The notes under the pieces were generated by a model that saw only the letters and a list, made by a program, of their open reading frames with translations, searched no databases and was not told the origin of the DNA. Positions 9,803-20,474 of a DNA stretch of 64,000 nucleotides are shown in pieces. The position numbers were made by a program, and so were the translations under genes. Position 1 is the first letter of the stretch. Every line of letters starts with the position of its first letter. Source of the stretch: Flavobacteriales bacterium (GTDB lineage: Bacteria; Bacteroidota; Bacteroidia; Flavobacteriales; Flavobacteriaceae); NCBI GenBank assembly GCA_004214185.1, contig SGZG01000002.1, positions 16,948 to 80,947 of the forward strand, in the 5' to 3' direction.

Positions 9803-11212
9803 GTGTATAGTTATAAACTTAAAAGTAACGAGTTGGTTAAAAAAGCGTCAAAAAAATTTTATATCGAAAGTTATGGATGTCAAATGAATTTTGCAGATAG
9901 TGAAGTTGTAGCTTCGATAATTTCTAAAGAAGGTTATGACTCAACGGAAAATTTAAGTGATGCTGACTTAATTTTACTAAACACATGTTCTATTAGAGAA
10001 AAAGCAGAAATTACGGTAAGAAAAAGGCTTGAAAGTTTTAATAAACTTAAAAGAAATAATAAAAATCTAAAGGTTGGTGTATTAGGATGTATGGCAGAAC
10101 GACTAAAAAGCAAATTTTTAGAAGAAGAAAAAATAGTTGATTTAGTGGTAGGTCCTGATGCTTACAAAGATATTCCAAACCTTTTGTATGAAATTAATGA
10201 AGGTAGGAATGCTGTGAATGTTATTTTATCTAAGGATGAAACATATGGTGATATAAGCCCAATTAGACTTGCAAGTAATGGAGTAACTGCTTTTGTTTCC
10301 ATCACTAGAGGATGTGATAACATGTGTACTTTTTGTGTTGTTCCATTTACAAGAGGAAGAGAAAGAAGTAGAGACCCAAAAAGTATTTTAAATGAAATCA
10401 AGAATTTAGAAAAATCCAATTTTAAAGAAGTTACGCTATTGGGTCAAAATGTAGATAGTTATTTATGGTATGGTGGTGGACTAAAAAAAAATTTTAAAAA
10501 CGCTAGTGATCTTCAAAAAAAGACTAGTATTAGTTTTGCTAAACTTTTGGCATTAGTTGCAAAAACTTTCCCAAAAATTAGAATTAGGTTTTCAACTTCC
10601 AATCCTCAAGATATGAGTTTGGAGGTAATTAAAACAATGGCCACTTATTCAAACATTTGTAATTATATTCATCTACCTGTTCAGTCTGGGAGCGATAATA
10701 TTCTAAAAGCTATGAATAGACAACATACTAGAAGTGAATATATTTCATTAATAAAACAAATTAGAAATCTAATTCCTGACTGTGGAATTTCTCATGATAT
10801 GATTTCAGGGTTTCCAAACGAAACAGAAAAAGATCACAGAGAAACTTTAAGTCTAATGAATGAAGTTAAATATGATTTTGGATATATGTTCAAATATTCT
10901 GAAAGGCCTGGAACACTTGCCGCAAAAAAATTTCAAGATAATATTCCTGAAAAAATCAAGAAAAATAGATTACAAGAAATTATAGATCTACAACAAGAAC
11001 ACAGTAAATTGAGAACTGAACAATACATTGGAAAGGTTGTAGAAGTTTTAATTGAAAAAGAATCCAAGAAATCAAATTTATATTGGGCTGGAAGAAATCA
11101 ACAGAACACAGTTGTTGTTTTTCCAAAAAATTCACACAAACTTGGAGATTTTGTTAAAGTTAAAATCAAAGAATGTACCTCTGCTACATTAATTGGAGAA
11201 AGCATTAATTAA
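9803..11212 (+). CDS. miaB: tRNA-2-methylthio-N6-dimethylallyladenosine synthase MiaB
   Basis: N-terminal YIESYGCQMN, radical-SAM CDNMCTFCVVP (CxxxCxxC) and a TRAM-like C-terminus. There is no ATG upstream of the conserved N-terminus, so the start must be GTG 9803 or TTG 9833. Confidence 0.9.
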   Translation: MYSYKLKSNELVKKASKKFYIESYGCQMNFADSEVVASIISKEGYDSTENLSDADLILLNTCSIREKAEITVRKRLESFNKLKRNNKNLKVGVLGCMAERLKSKFLEEEKIVDLVVGPDAYKDIPNLLYEINEGRNAVNVILSKDETYGDISPIRLASNGVTAFVSITRGCDNMCTFCVVPFTRGRERSRDPKSILNEIKNLEKSNFKEVTLLGQNVDSYLWYGGGLKKNFKNASDLQKKTSISFAKLLALVAKTFPKIRIRFSTSNPQDMSLEVIKTMATYSNICNYIHLPVQSGSDNILKAMNRQHTRSEYISLIKQIRNLIPDCGISHDMISGFPNETEKDHRETLSLMNEVKYDFGYMFKYSERPGTLAAKKFQDNIPEKIKKNRLQEIIDLQQEHSKLRTEQYIGKVVEVLIEKESKKSNLYWAGRNQQNTVVVFPKNSHKLGDFVKVKIKECTSATLIGESIN

Positions 11213-11222
11213 AATATTTTAA

Positions 11223-12467
11223 ATGGAAACATCAACTCAAAATATTAAACAAAGATTTGGAATAATTGGCAATGATCCTATTTTAAACAGATCTATTGAG
11301 AAAGCGATGAGAGTTTCACCGACTGATATTTCAGTCTTGATTACAGGTGAAAGTGGAGTTGGAAAAGAAAGTTTTCCAAAAATTATTCATCAATTATCTC
11401 ATAGAAAACATAATAAATATATTGCTGTTAACTGTGGAGCGATACCAGAAGGAACTATTGACTCTGAACTTTTTGGTCACGAAAAGGGAGCTTTCACTGG
11501 CGCTAATAATGCTAGAAAAGGATATTTTGAAGTTGCAGATGGTGGAACAATATTTCTCGATGAAGTTGGAGAATTACCGTTGACCACTCAAGTTAGACTC
11601 CTTAGGGTTTTAGAAAATGGAGAATTTATCAAAGTTGGTGCATCCGATGTTCAAAAAACTAATGTTAGAATAGTGGCTGCCACAAATTTAGATATGGAAA
11701 AAGCTATTCAAAAAGGAAAGTTCAGAGAAGATTTATTTTACAGACTTAGCACTGTTGAAATAAAAATACCTCCTCTAAGAAATAGAAAAGAGGATATTCA
11801 TTTATTATTTAGGAAATTTTCAAGTGACTTCGCAAAAAAATATAATATGCCGACTATAAGGCTTGATGAAAATGCGCAGCGTTTACTAAATTCTTATCGT
11901 TGGAATGGAAATGTTAGGCAATTAAGAAACATTGCCGAACAACTTTCAGTTCTAGAGGAAAAAAGAGAGATTTCTAGTCAGTTATTAAAATATTATTTGC
12001 CTGATTTTAATTCAAATTTACCTGCTTTGGTTAATGAATCTAAAAGTTCCAACGATTTTTCAAATGAAAGAGAAATTCTTTACAAAATATTATTTGACAT
12101 GAAGAAAGATTTAAATGATTTAAAGAAAATTACAAACCATTTAAAATCTGACAACATTGAAACGCATGTGAAGGATAACAATTTGAGTTCGTTTGAGAAT
12201 TTACAAAGTTCAATACAAGATCAAAAATCAGCTGAAATAATAGATTTTAATGAAAAAGAAACTAATTTTAATTCAAATTTGGATAAATATCATTTTGCTG
12301 AAGAAATAGATGAGGAAGAAACCCTCTCAATTCATGATAAAGAATTAGAACTTATAAAGAAAGCACTAGAAAGAAATAATGGAAAAAGAAAAGCAGCAGC
12401 AATTGAACTTGGAATTTCTGAAAGAACACTCTACAGAAAAATAAAACAGCATGACCTTGAATTATAA
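11223..12467 (+). CDS. sigma-54-dependent transcriptional activator (AAA+ plus Fis-type HTH, no sensory domain)
   Basis: Walker A GESGVGKE at residues ~42-49, GAFTGA loop (HEKGAFTGA), Walker B IFLDEVGE, RQLRN arginine finger, and C-terminal HTH AAAIELGISERTLYRKIK. Confidence 0.85.
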   Translation: METSTQNIKQRFGIIGNDPILNRSIEKAMRVSPTDISVLITGESGVGKESFPKIIHQLSHRKHNKYIAVNCGAIPEGTIDSELFGHEKGAFTGANNARKGYFEVADGGTIFLDEVGELPLTTQVRLLRVLENGEFIKVGASDVQKTNVRIVAATNLDMEKAIQKGKFREDLFYRLSTVEIKIPPLRNRKEDIHLLFRKFSSDFAKKYNMPTIRLDENAQRLLNSYRWNGNVRQLRNIAEQLSVLEEKREISSQLLKYYLPDFNSNLPALVNESKSSNDFSNEREILYKILFDMKKDLNDLKKITNHLKSDNIETHVKDNNLSSFENLQSSIQDQKSAEIIDFNEKETNFNSNLDKYHFAEEIDEEETLSIHDKELELIKKALERNNGKRKAAAIELGISERTLYRKIKQHDLEL

Positions 12468-12969
12468 ACTCAAATTATTTTTTATTTTATTATTATTTGA
12501 AAGCTGTGGGAACTATTCTTTCACTGGAGCTTCCATTCCTGAGGGAACTAAAACTTTTCAAGTTAATTTTTTTGAGAATCAAACTGGAAATTCTATGGGT
12601 TCAATTTTTGAGCCTGGGTTAGATAGAGATTTTACTATAGCACTTCAAGATATACTACAAAATCAAACCAATTTAGAATTAGTTACATCTGACGGGGATT
12701 TAATTTATGAGGGTGAAATAATTGAATACAGAGTCAGCCCAATGACTGCTACATCTAATTTACAAGCTGCTCAAAATAGATTAAATATAGGAGTTAACGT
12801 AAGATTTATAAATATTAAAAAAGAAGATGATGATTTTGAGAGAAAATTTACATTTTACTTTGACTATCCTGCTGAAGTTCAATTATTGAATATCAAATCT
12901 GAAGCTCATGATATTATATTTGAAAGGATTACTCAAGATATTTTTAATGCATCTTTAGCAAAATGGTAG
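12451..12969 (+). CDS. lptE: LptE-like LPS-assembly lipoprotein
   Basis: 172 aa. Lipobox LFESCG followed by NYSFTGAS. The pattern recalled from flavobacterial LptE-family proteins ends in DIFNASLAKW. Overlaps the upstream gene by 17 nt. Confidence 0.6.
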   Translation: MTLNYKLKLFFILLLFESCGNYSFTGASIPEGTKTFQVNFFENQTGNSMGSIFEPGLDRDFTIALQDILQNQTNLELVTSDGDLIYEGEIIEYRVSPMTATSNLQAAQNRLNIGVNVRFINIKKEDDDFERKFTFYFDYPAEVQLLNIKSEAHDIIFERITQDIFNASLAKW

Positions 12970-13574
12970 AAATTAATAAGCAATTATTCAATAAACTAGT
13001 TTTAAATCCGAATTCTATTTCACTTGATGAGAGTGTTTACATGAAAGATTTAATAAAAAAATATCCCTATTTTCAGGTTGCTAAAGTTATCGAGCTAATT
13101 GGTTTTAAAAAATTTGATAATATTAAATTTAAAAATGCTTTAAAAAACACTTCAATATATTCCTCTAATAGGTCTATACTACACGATATAATTGAACATA
13201 ATAAAATAAAATCAAAAGAAAATTCAAGAATTTTATCAACTGTTAAAACAAAAAATTCATTTATAAAATGGCTAAAAGCTTCAAAACTGTCAACAAATAA
13301 TGAAAGCTCTCAGAATTCAATAATCGATAATTTTCTCAGCTCTAATCATCAGATAGTTCCCAAACAAGACTACATTTCAAAAGATTTTTCAAAAGAATTT
13401 CAGCCAAGTAAATCTGAATTTATGACGGAAACATTAGCAAAAAAATATTTTGAACAAAAAAAATTTCAAGAAGCAATTAAAGCATATGAGATTCTTTGCT
13501 TGAAATATCCAGAAAAAATCATTTTATTTGCAGACCAAATCAAAACAATAAAAGAATACTTAAAAAACAAATAG
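12963..13574 (+). CDS. hypothetical protein with one C-terminal TPR-like motif
   Basis: 203 aa ORF in operon context, with an ATGGTAG start/stop overlap with the lptE-like gene. C-terminus FQEAIKAYEILCLKYPEK. No family recognised. Confidence 0.55.
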   Translation: MVEINKQLFNKLVLNPNSISLDESVYMKDLIKKYPYFQVAKVIELIGFKKFDNIKFKNALKNTSIYSSNRSILHDIIEHNKIKSKENSRILSTVKTKNSFIKWLKASKLSTNNESSQNSIIDNFLSSNHQIVPKQDYISKDFSKEFQPSKSEFMTETLAKKYFEQKKFQEAIKAYEILCLKYPEKIILFADQIKTIKEYLKNK

Positions 13575-13576
13575 CC

Positions 13577-13915
13577 ATGAGCACCTTTTCAATTTTTCTA
13601 ATACTAATTCTTACAGTTTGTTTCTTACTTGTTTTAGTGATAATGGTTCAAAATCCAAAAGGAGGTGGACTATCATCTTCATTTGGTGGTGATTCACAAC
13701 AAATTGGCGGAGTTAAAAAAACAACTGACTTTTTAGATAAAAGTACTTGGATATTAGCTTCTTTATTACTTATATTAATTTTGCTTTCCAATATTACCTT
13801 AAACACTGGAGATATAAATACTGAATCTAAACTTTTAGACTCAGAGATAGTTGAGGAAAATATTCCAGAAACATTACCAGACGACATTCCAATAGAAATT
13901 CCTGTAGAAAATTAA
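13577..13915 (+). CDS. secG: preprotein translocase subunit SecG
   Basis: Start taken at the internal ATG (MSTFSIFLILIL...). Two TM helices flank MVQNPKGGGLSSSFGG, the SecG signature. The longer tracked ORF (from 13496) overlaps the upstream gene. Confidence 0.85.
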   Translation: MSTFSIFLILILTVCFLLVLVIMVQNPKGGGLSSSFGGDSQQIGGVKKTTDFLDKSTWILASLLLILILLSNITLNTGDINTESKLLDSEIVEENIPETLPDDIPIEIPVEN

Positions 13916-14020
13916 TATAAAGAATGTCAGACTGTCATTGAATCATATGATTTAATCGAAATTATGTCACAAATATTAATTTGGCATAGAAACTGTTCTA
14001 ATAAAAAAAAAAATTAAATT

Positions 14021-14299
14021 ATGAGTAAAATAAAAATAAAACCGTTGGCTGACAGAGTGCTTGTAAAGCCTCTTGAAGCTGAAACAAAAACCGCTTCTGG
14101 AATAATAATTCCAGATACTGCAAAAGAAAAGCCACAAAAAGGAATCGTAGTTGCTACTGGTTCAGGAACTAAAGAAAACCCTGTTACAGTTAAAGTTGGA
14201 GATTCAGTTTTGTATGGTAAATATGGTGGCACAGAATTAAAATTTGAAGGTGTTGATTACTTGATGATGCGTGAATCTGATATTCTTGCAATAGTTTAA
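14021..14299 (+). CDS. groES: co-chaperonin GroES
   Basis: 92 aa. [12 protein letters not shown]...[17 protein letters not shown]...[13 protein letters not shown]. Confidence 0.97.
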   Translation: MSKIKIKPLADRVLVKPLEAETKTASGIIIPDTAKEKPQKGIVVATGSGTKENPVTVKVGDSVLYGKYGGTELKFEGVDYLMMRESDILAIV

Positions 14300-14316
14300 T
14301 AATTTAAAAAATATAA

Positions 14317-15957
<1,641 letters not shown>

Positions 15958-15971
15958 TATATAATCAATGC

Positions 15972-15997
15972 AAACTGCCCTGTGGGGCAGTTTTTTA
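15972..15997 (+). terminator. rho-independent terminator after groEL
   Basis: AAACTGCCC-TGTG-GGGCAGTTT hairpin followed by a T-run, 14 nt after the groEL stop. Confidence 0.75.
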
Positions 15998-16000
15998 TTT

Positions 16001-16441
16001 ATGTACAATAAAGAACTAGATTTCATTCAAAATAAAACTAAAAATCTTAGTCTAACAGAATCTCTTCAATTTATATGTGATTATTTAAAAAATAACATTA
16101 AGGGATACGACTGGGTAGGTTTTTATTTTCACGAAGACAGCTTTTTAGTTCTAAAAAATTATTGTGGTTTAAAAACCGAGCATACTCGGATTCCTTTCGG
16201 TAAAGGAATATGTGGACAAACTGCAGAATCAAACAAACCTATTGTTGTTGAAAATGTAAACAATGAAAAAAATTACATTTCATGTAATATAAATGTAAAG
16301 TCTGAAATTGTAGTTCCTTTATTTTATAAAAATAAAAACATAGGTCAAATTGATATTGATTCAAATACACTAAATAGGTTCAAGAATGATGATCTAGAGT
16401 TCCTTAAAAAAGTAAATAAAATAGTTGCAAAAAAAATTTAA
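16001..16441 (+). CDS. GAF-domain protein, free methionine-(R)-sulfoxide reductase-like
   Basis: WVGFYF..., GKGICGQTAESNKPIVVENV, ISCNINVKSEIVVPL and IGQIDIDS resemble the YebR/fRMsr GAF family. Start moved to ATG 16001 because the tracked start (15968) runs through the groEL terminator. Confidence 0.7.
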   Translation: MYNKELDFIQNKTKNLSLTESLQFICDYLKNNIKGYDWVGFYFHEDSFLVLKNYCGLKTEHTRIPFGKGICGQTAESNKPIVVENVNNEKNYISCNINVKSEIVVPLFYKNKNIGQIDIDSNTLNRFKNDDLEFLKKVNKIVAKKI

Positions 16442-16511
16442 ATTTTCATTAAAATTTGATATTTTTTTTTAAAAAAAAACTACTTTTATTGTTCACTTTT
16501 TTCCAACCAAT

Positions 16512-18029
16512 ATGTTAAAAATTAAGTCTGCCTTAATATCTGTTTTTGATAAAAATGGATTAGAACCTATCGCAAAAAAACTTAACGATCTAGATGTTAA
16601 AATATACTCAACAGGCGGAACTGAAAAGTTTTTAAAAAATTTAGGAATTCCAGTTGTAAAAGTTGAAGATATAACGGGATATCCTTCAATTTTAGGAGGT
16701 AGAGTAAAAACACTACACCCAAAAGTTTTTGGAGGAATTTTAAATAGGAATGATAATGAGAGTGATAAAGATGATATAGCTAGTTTTGAAATTCCTAATA
16801 TTGATTTAGTGATTGTTGATCTTTATCCATTTGAAAAAACTGTTAGTTCAGGGCATAGTGATAGTGAGATAATTGAAAAAATTGATATTGGAGGAATTTC
16901 CCTGATAAGGGCAGCTGCAAAAAATTTTAAGGACGTTTTATGTATTTCCTCAAAACAAGATTATAATGATTTTTTAATGTTATTAAATGAAAATGAGGGT
17001 AAAACTGATTTAGATATAAGGAAAAAATTTGCATCAAAAGCTTTCAATATTTCTTCTCATTATGACACTGCAATTTTTAATTATTTCAATGATGACATAA
17101 AAGCACTAAAAACTAGCTTTAAAAATGGCATGGAGCTTAGATATGGTGAAAATCCTCACCAAAAAGGAATTTTTTATGGTGATTTCAACTCAATTTTTGA
17201 ACAATTAAACGGAAAAGACTTATCCTATAATAATCTTCTAGATGTAGATGCTGCAGTGAATTTAATATTAGAGTTTAAAGACGATGATCCAACTTTTGCA
17301 ATTTTAAAGCATAATAATGCATGTGGTTTAGCTTCAAGAAAAAGTTTGCATCATGCGTACTTGGATGCTTTAGCAGGCGATCCAGTTTCAGCATTTGGTG
17401 GAGTATTAATTTCAAATAAAATTATTGATCTAATAACTGCTGAAGAAATTAATAAACTTTTTTGTGAAGTTGTTATTGCACCTGGATTTGAAAAACCTGC
17501 TTTAGACTTGTTAAAAAGTAAAAAAAATAGAATTATTCTACTAGCTAAAGATTATTCTTTAAAACAAGATCAATTAAGAACATGTTTAAATGGTATATTA
17601 AAACAAGACAAAGATAATCTTACAGATAGTGAAAATAATTTTGAATATTGTACATCAAAAAAACCACTAAACTCAGAACTAAAGGATTTAGTTTTTGCTT
17701 CTAAAATTTGCAAGCATACTAAATCTAATACAATAGTTTTAGCAAAGAATTTACAACTCATAAGCTCAGGCACTGGGCAAACATCTAGGGTAGATGCTTT
17801 AAAACAGGCCATAGAAAAATCTCAGAATTTTAAATTTGATTTAAGTGGTTCTGTAATGGCTAGTGATGCATTTTTTCCATTTCCTGATTGTGTTGAAATT
17901 GCACACAAAGTTGGAGTTAGCTCTGTAATACAACCTGGCGGTTCCATTAAAGATAATTTATCAATTGATTATTGTAATAAAAATAATATATCCATGGTTT
18001 TAACTGGAGTTCGTCATTTTAAACATTAA
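16512..18029 (+). CDS. purH: bifunctional AICAR formyltransferase / IMP cyclohydrolase
   Basis: 505 aa. N-terminal MGS-like domain (ALISVFDKNGL, YSTGGT, RVKTLHPKV) and an AICARFT domain (RYGENPHQ, ...QPGGSIKD). Confidence 0.95.
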   Translation: MLKIKSALISVFDKNGLEPIAKKLNDLDVKIYSTGGTEKFLKNLGIPVVKVEDITGYPSILGGRVKTLHPKVFGGILNRNDNESDKDDIASFEIPNIDLVIVDLYPFEKTVSSGHSDSEIIEKIDIGGISLIRAAAKNFKDVLCISSKQDYNDFLMLLNENEGKTDLDIRKKFASKAFNISSHYDTAIFNYFNDDIKALKTSFKNGMELRYGENPHQKGIFYGDFNSIFEQLNGKDLSYNNLLDVDAAVNLILEFKDDDPTFAILKHNNACGLASRKSLHHAYLDALAGDPVSAFGGVLISNKIIDLITAEEINKLFCEVVIAPGFEKPALDLLKSKKNRIILLAKDYSLKQDQLRTCLNGILKQDKDNLTDSENNFEYCTSKKPLNSELKDLVFASKICKHTKSNTIVLAKNLQLISSGTGQTSRVDALKQAIEKSQNFKFDLSGSVMASDAFFPFPDCVEIAHKVGVSSVIQPGGSIKDNLSIDYCNKNNISMVLTGVRHFKH

Positions 18030-18060
18030 TTTTTATTAACTTGTATAAACATTTAAAATT

Positions 18061-19089
18061 ATGGCATTTTTTGATTTTTGGACTGAATCTATAGCAATTG
18101 ATCTTGGAACTGCTAACACACTAATTATTCACAATGATAAAGTTGTGGTTGACAGTCCCTCAATAGTTGCTATTGACAAAAAAACCGACAAAATTATAGC
18201 TGTAGGAGCAGAGGCAAGTTTAATGCAAGGTAAAACTCATGAAAACATAAAAACTGTTCGACCATTGAAAGATGGAGTTATTGCAGATTTTAATGCTTCT
18301 GAACAAATGATTAGTTTATTGATTAGTAGTATTCCATCGCTTAAAAAGAGATTTTTTACACCTGCCTTAAAAATGGTAATATGTATTCCCTCTGGAATTA
18401 CTGAAGTTGAAATGCGTGCTGTAAGAGAATCAGCTGAGAGAGTAAATGGAAAAGAAGTATATCTAATTCATGAACCAATGGCTGCAGCAATTGGAATTGG
18501 TGTGGATATAATGCAGCCCAAAGGAAATATGATCGTTGATATCGGAGGGGGAACAACTGAAATTGCTGTTATTGCATTATCTGGAATAGTATGTGACAAA
18601 TCTGTAAAAGTAGCTGGAGATGTTTTCACTGGAGATATTATTTATTATATGAGGACTCAACACAATTTATTTATTGGTGAAAGAACTGCTGAAAAAATCA
18701 AAATTACAATTGGATCTGCCTCTGAAGAGTTAGAAAGTCCACCTGATGACATTTCAGTTCAAGGCAGAGATTTATTAACCGGTAAACCAAAAGAAGCTTT
18801 AATCTCATATAGAGAAATTGCAAAAGCATTAGATAAATCAATTATTAGAATTGAAGATTCAGTAATGGAAACTTTATCCCAAACCCCCCCTGAACTAGCA
18901 GCTGATATATACAACACTGGAATTTATTTAGCTGGTGGTGGTTCAATGCTAAGAGGTCTTGATAAAAGATTAAGTAAAAAAACTGATTTACCTGTATTTA
19001 TAGCTGAGGATCCTTTAAGAGCAGTTGTAAGAGGAACAGGAATTACATTAAAAAACATTGAAAGATATAAAAGTGTTTTAGTGAAATAG
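18061..19089 (+). CDS. mreB: rod shape-determining protein MreB
   Basis: 342 aa actin-fold protein. IAIDLGTANTLI, EPMAAAIG, DIGGGTTEIAV, GGGSMLRGL. Confidence 0.95.
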   Translation: MAFFDFWTESIAIDLGTANTLIIHNDKVVVDSPSIVAIDKKTDKIIAVGAEASLMQGKTHENIKTVRPLKDGVIADFNASEQMISLLISSIPSLKKRFFTPALKMVICIPSGITEVEMRAVRESAERVNGKEVYLIHEPMAAAIGIGVDIMQPKGNMIVDIGGGTTEIAVIALSGIVCDKSVKVAGDVFTGDIIYYMRTQHNLFIGERTAEKIKITIGSASEELESPPDDISVQGRDLLTGKPKEALISYREIAKALDKSIIRIEDSVMETLSQTPPELAADIYNTGIYLAGGGSMLRGLDKRLSKKTDLPVFIAEDPLRAVVRGTGITLKNIERYKSVLVK

Positions 19090-19096
19090 TCTAATT

Positions 19097-19960
19097 ATGC
19101 AACAAGTAATTGATTTCATAATCAGGAAAAAAGATGTTGTCATTTATATTGTTCTATTACTATTTTCACTTACAATGATTATAAACTCGAATTATTTTCA
19201 CAAGTCAAAAACTCTTATCATATTCAACAATATCACTAACTATACATTCGAAAAATTTACTTTTATTAATGAATATTTTGAACTAAAAAAACTAAATTCA
19301 GATCTAATTAACGAAAATTTATTTTTAAAATCTGAAATTGAAAAAACTGTTGAATATCAAAATATAGACTCTTTAAAAACCACTAAATTCAAATATAAAA
19401 ATGCTAGAATTATCTCAAACTCTTTATCCTCTTTCAAAAATCAAATAATAATTAACAAAGGCTCTAACGAAGGTCTAAAAAAAGAAATGGGTGTTATAAA
19501 TGCAAATGGTGTTGTGGGAATTATAAAAAGAACTTCTAAAAATTATTCTACTATTATGTCATTGTTAAATACTGACATTAAAATCAATGCGAAGGCAAAA
19601 AGAACTAACCATTTTGGAACATTGGAATGGAATGGGGATGATATAAATTTTTTAAGTCTTAATGATATTCCTGAAACAGCTAATATTAAAGTTGGTGACT
19701 CAATAGTTACTGGTGGTATGTCATTAATATTTCCAGAAGGAATTAACATAGGCATAGTTTCAAAAGTTAATTCATATAATTTAGAAAAAACCAAACTTAA
19801 CCAAGCAACAAAAACCAATCAAAATATAAAACTAAAATCAAGAGAAAATTACCTAAATATTGAAGTAAAATTACACTCTGATATGGGTAAAATAAATAAT
19901 GTTTATATTATTGAAAGTATGTTTATTGAAGAGTTTAATAGAATTAAGGAAAATGGCTAA
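19097..19960 (+). CDS. mreC: rod shape-determining protein MreC
   Basis: 287 aa. N-terminal TM, coiled-coil LNSDLINENLFLKSE, then a beta-rich domain (GVINANGVVGIIK, GDSIVTGGMSLIFPEGINIG). Sits between mreB and mreD. Confidence 0.8.
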   Translation: MQQVIDFIIRKKDVVIYIVLLLFSLTMIINSNYFHKSKTLIIFNNITNYTFEKFTFINEYFELKKLNSDLINENLFLKSEIEKTVEYQNIDSLKTTKFKYKNARIISNSLSSFKNQIIINKGSNEGLKKEMGVINANGVVGIIKRTSKNYSTIMSLLNTDIKINAKAKRTNHFGTLEWNGDDINFLSLNDIPETANIKVGDSIVTGGMSLIFPEGINIGIVSKVNSYNLEKTKLNQATKTNQNIKLKSRENYLNIEVKLHSDMGKINNVYIIESMFIEEFNRIKENG

Positions 19961-20474
19961 TTTGTATTTTTTAATTTTTAAAAGATTTATTTTTTTTGCT
20001 CTCATTCAGGGTTTCATATTCAACAACTTTAATTTTTTAGGATCATTTAATCCATATATTGCATTAGTTTTTTTACTCACATTTCCAATAAAAACTAGTA
20101 AGATTACATTTATGATTATTAGTTTTTGTTTTGGGTTTTCACTCGATTTATTTTCTAACTCTATAGGAATTAACACAGCCGCATGTTTGACTTTAGCATT
20201 TTCAAGATCATATGTATTAAATTTTGTGTTTGGATCTTTTTATGACCCATACGGAACAAAAGTTTTAAAAAACTATATTTCTGAATCAACATATTATCAA
20301 CAATTTTTATATCTAATTTCTTTAATCTTAATTCATCATTCTGTCCTTTTTTTATTAGAATCTTTTAGCTTAAAATTTTTATCATTAGTAATTTATAAAA
20401 CATTAATTACTTCTTTTCTTTCGATATTATTTTGTGCGACAACAATTTATATTATGATTAAAAATGAAAAATAA
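19953..20474 (+). CDS. mreD: rod shape-determining protein MreD
   Basis: Polytopic membrane protein between mreC and mrdA. Start taken at the internal ATG (MANLYF...), which overlaps the mreC stop by 8 nt. Confidence 0.65.
   Translation: MANLYFLIFKRFIFFALIQGFIFNNFNFLGSFNPYIALVFLLTFPIKTSKITFMIISFCFGFSLDLFSNSIGINTAACLTLAFSRSYVLNFVFGSFYDPYGTKVLKNYISESTYYQQFLYLISLILIHHSVLFLLESFSLKFLSLVIYKTLITSFLSILFCATTIYIMIKNEK

Noticed and set aside
13923-13941. Imperfect inverted repeat AATGTCAG-A-CTGTCATT after secG
   Set aside because: It has 7 of 8 pairs and no T-run, so it is not a convincing intrinsic terminator. It is too short to argue for an operator without conservation data.
13982-13997. Possible sigma-54 -24/-12 promoter TGGCAT-AGAAA-CTGT upstream of groES, about 1.5 kb downstream of the sigma-54 activator gene
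   Set aside because: The GG at -24 is present, but the invariant GC at -12 reads GT and the TTGC core reads CTGT. The TTGG also overlaps a near-match to the ordinary -7 box (TTAATTTG, 13976-13983). One degenerate hit in AT-rich DNA is not evidence. It would need transcription-start mapping or rpoN-dependence data.
15968-16000. Upstream extension of the GAF-domain ORF (MQTALWGSFLF...), and similar 5' extensions of secG (13496), mreD (19899), the lptC-like gene (35179) and the TAT small subunit (39495)
   Set aside because: The GAF extension is encoded by the groEL terminator hairpin. The others overlap the preceding gene by 23-80 nt, and internal ATGs give canonical N-termini or signal peptides with 1-nt gaps or ATGA-type junctions.
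16439-16479. AT-only palindromes after the GAF gene: AAATTTT-CATT-AAAATTT and T9A9
   Set aside because: The stems would consist only of A-T pairs and are not followed by a distinct U-tract. That is too weak to call a terminator or a regulatory hairpin. It is probably just AT-rich spacer.
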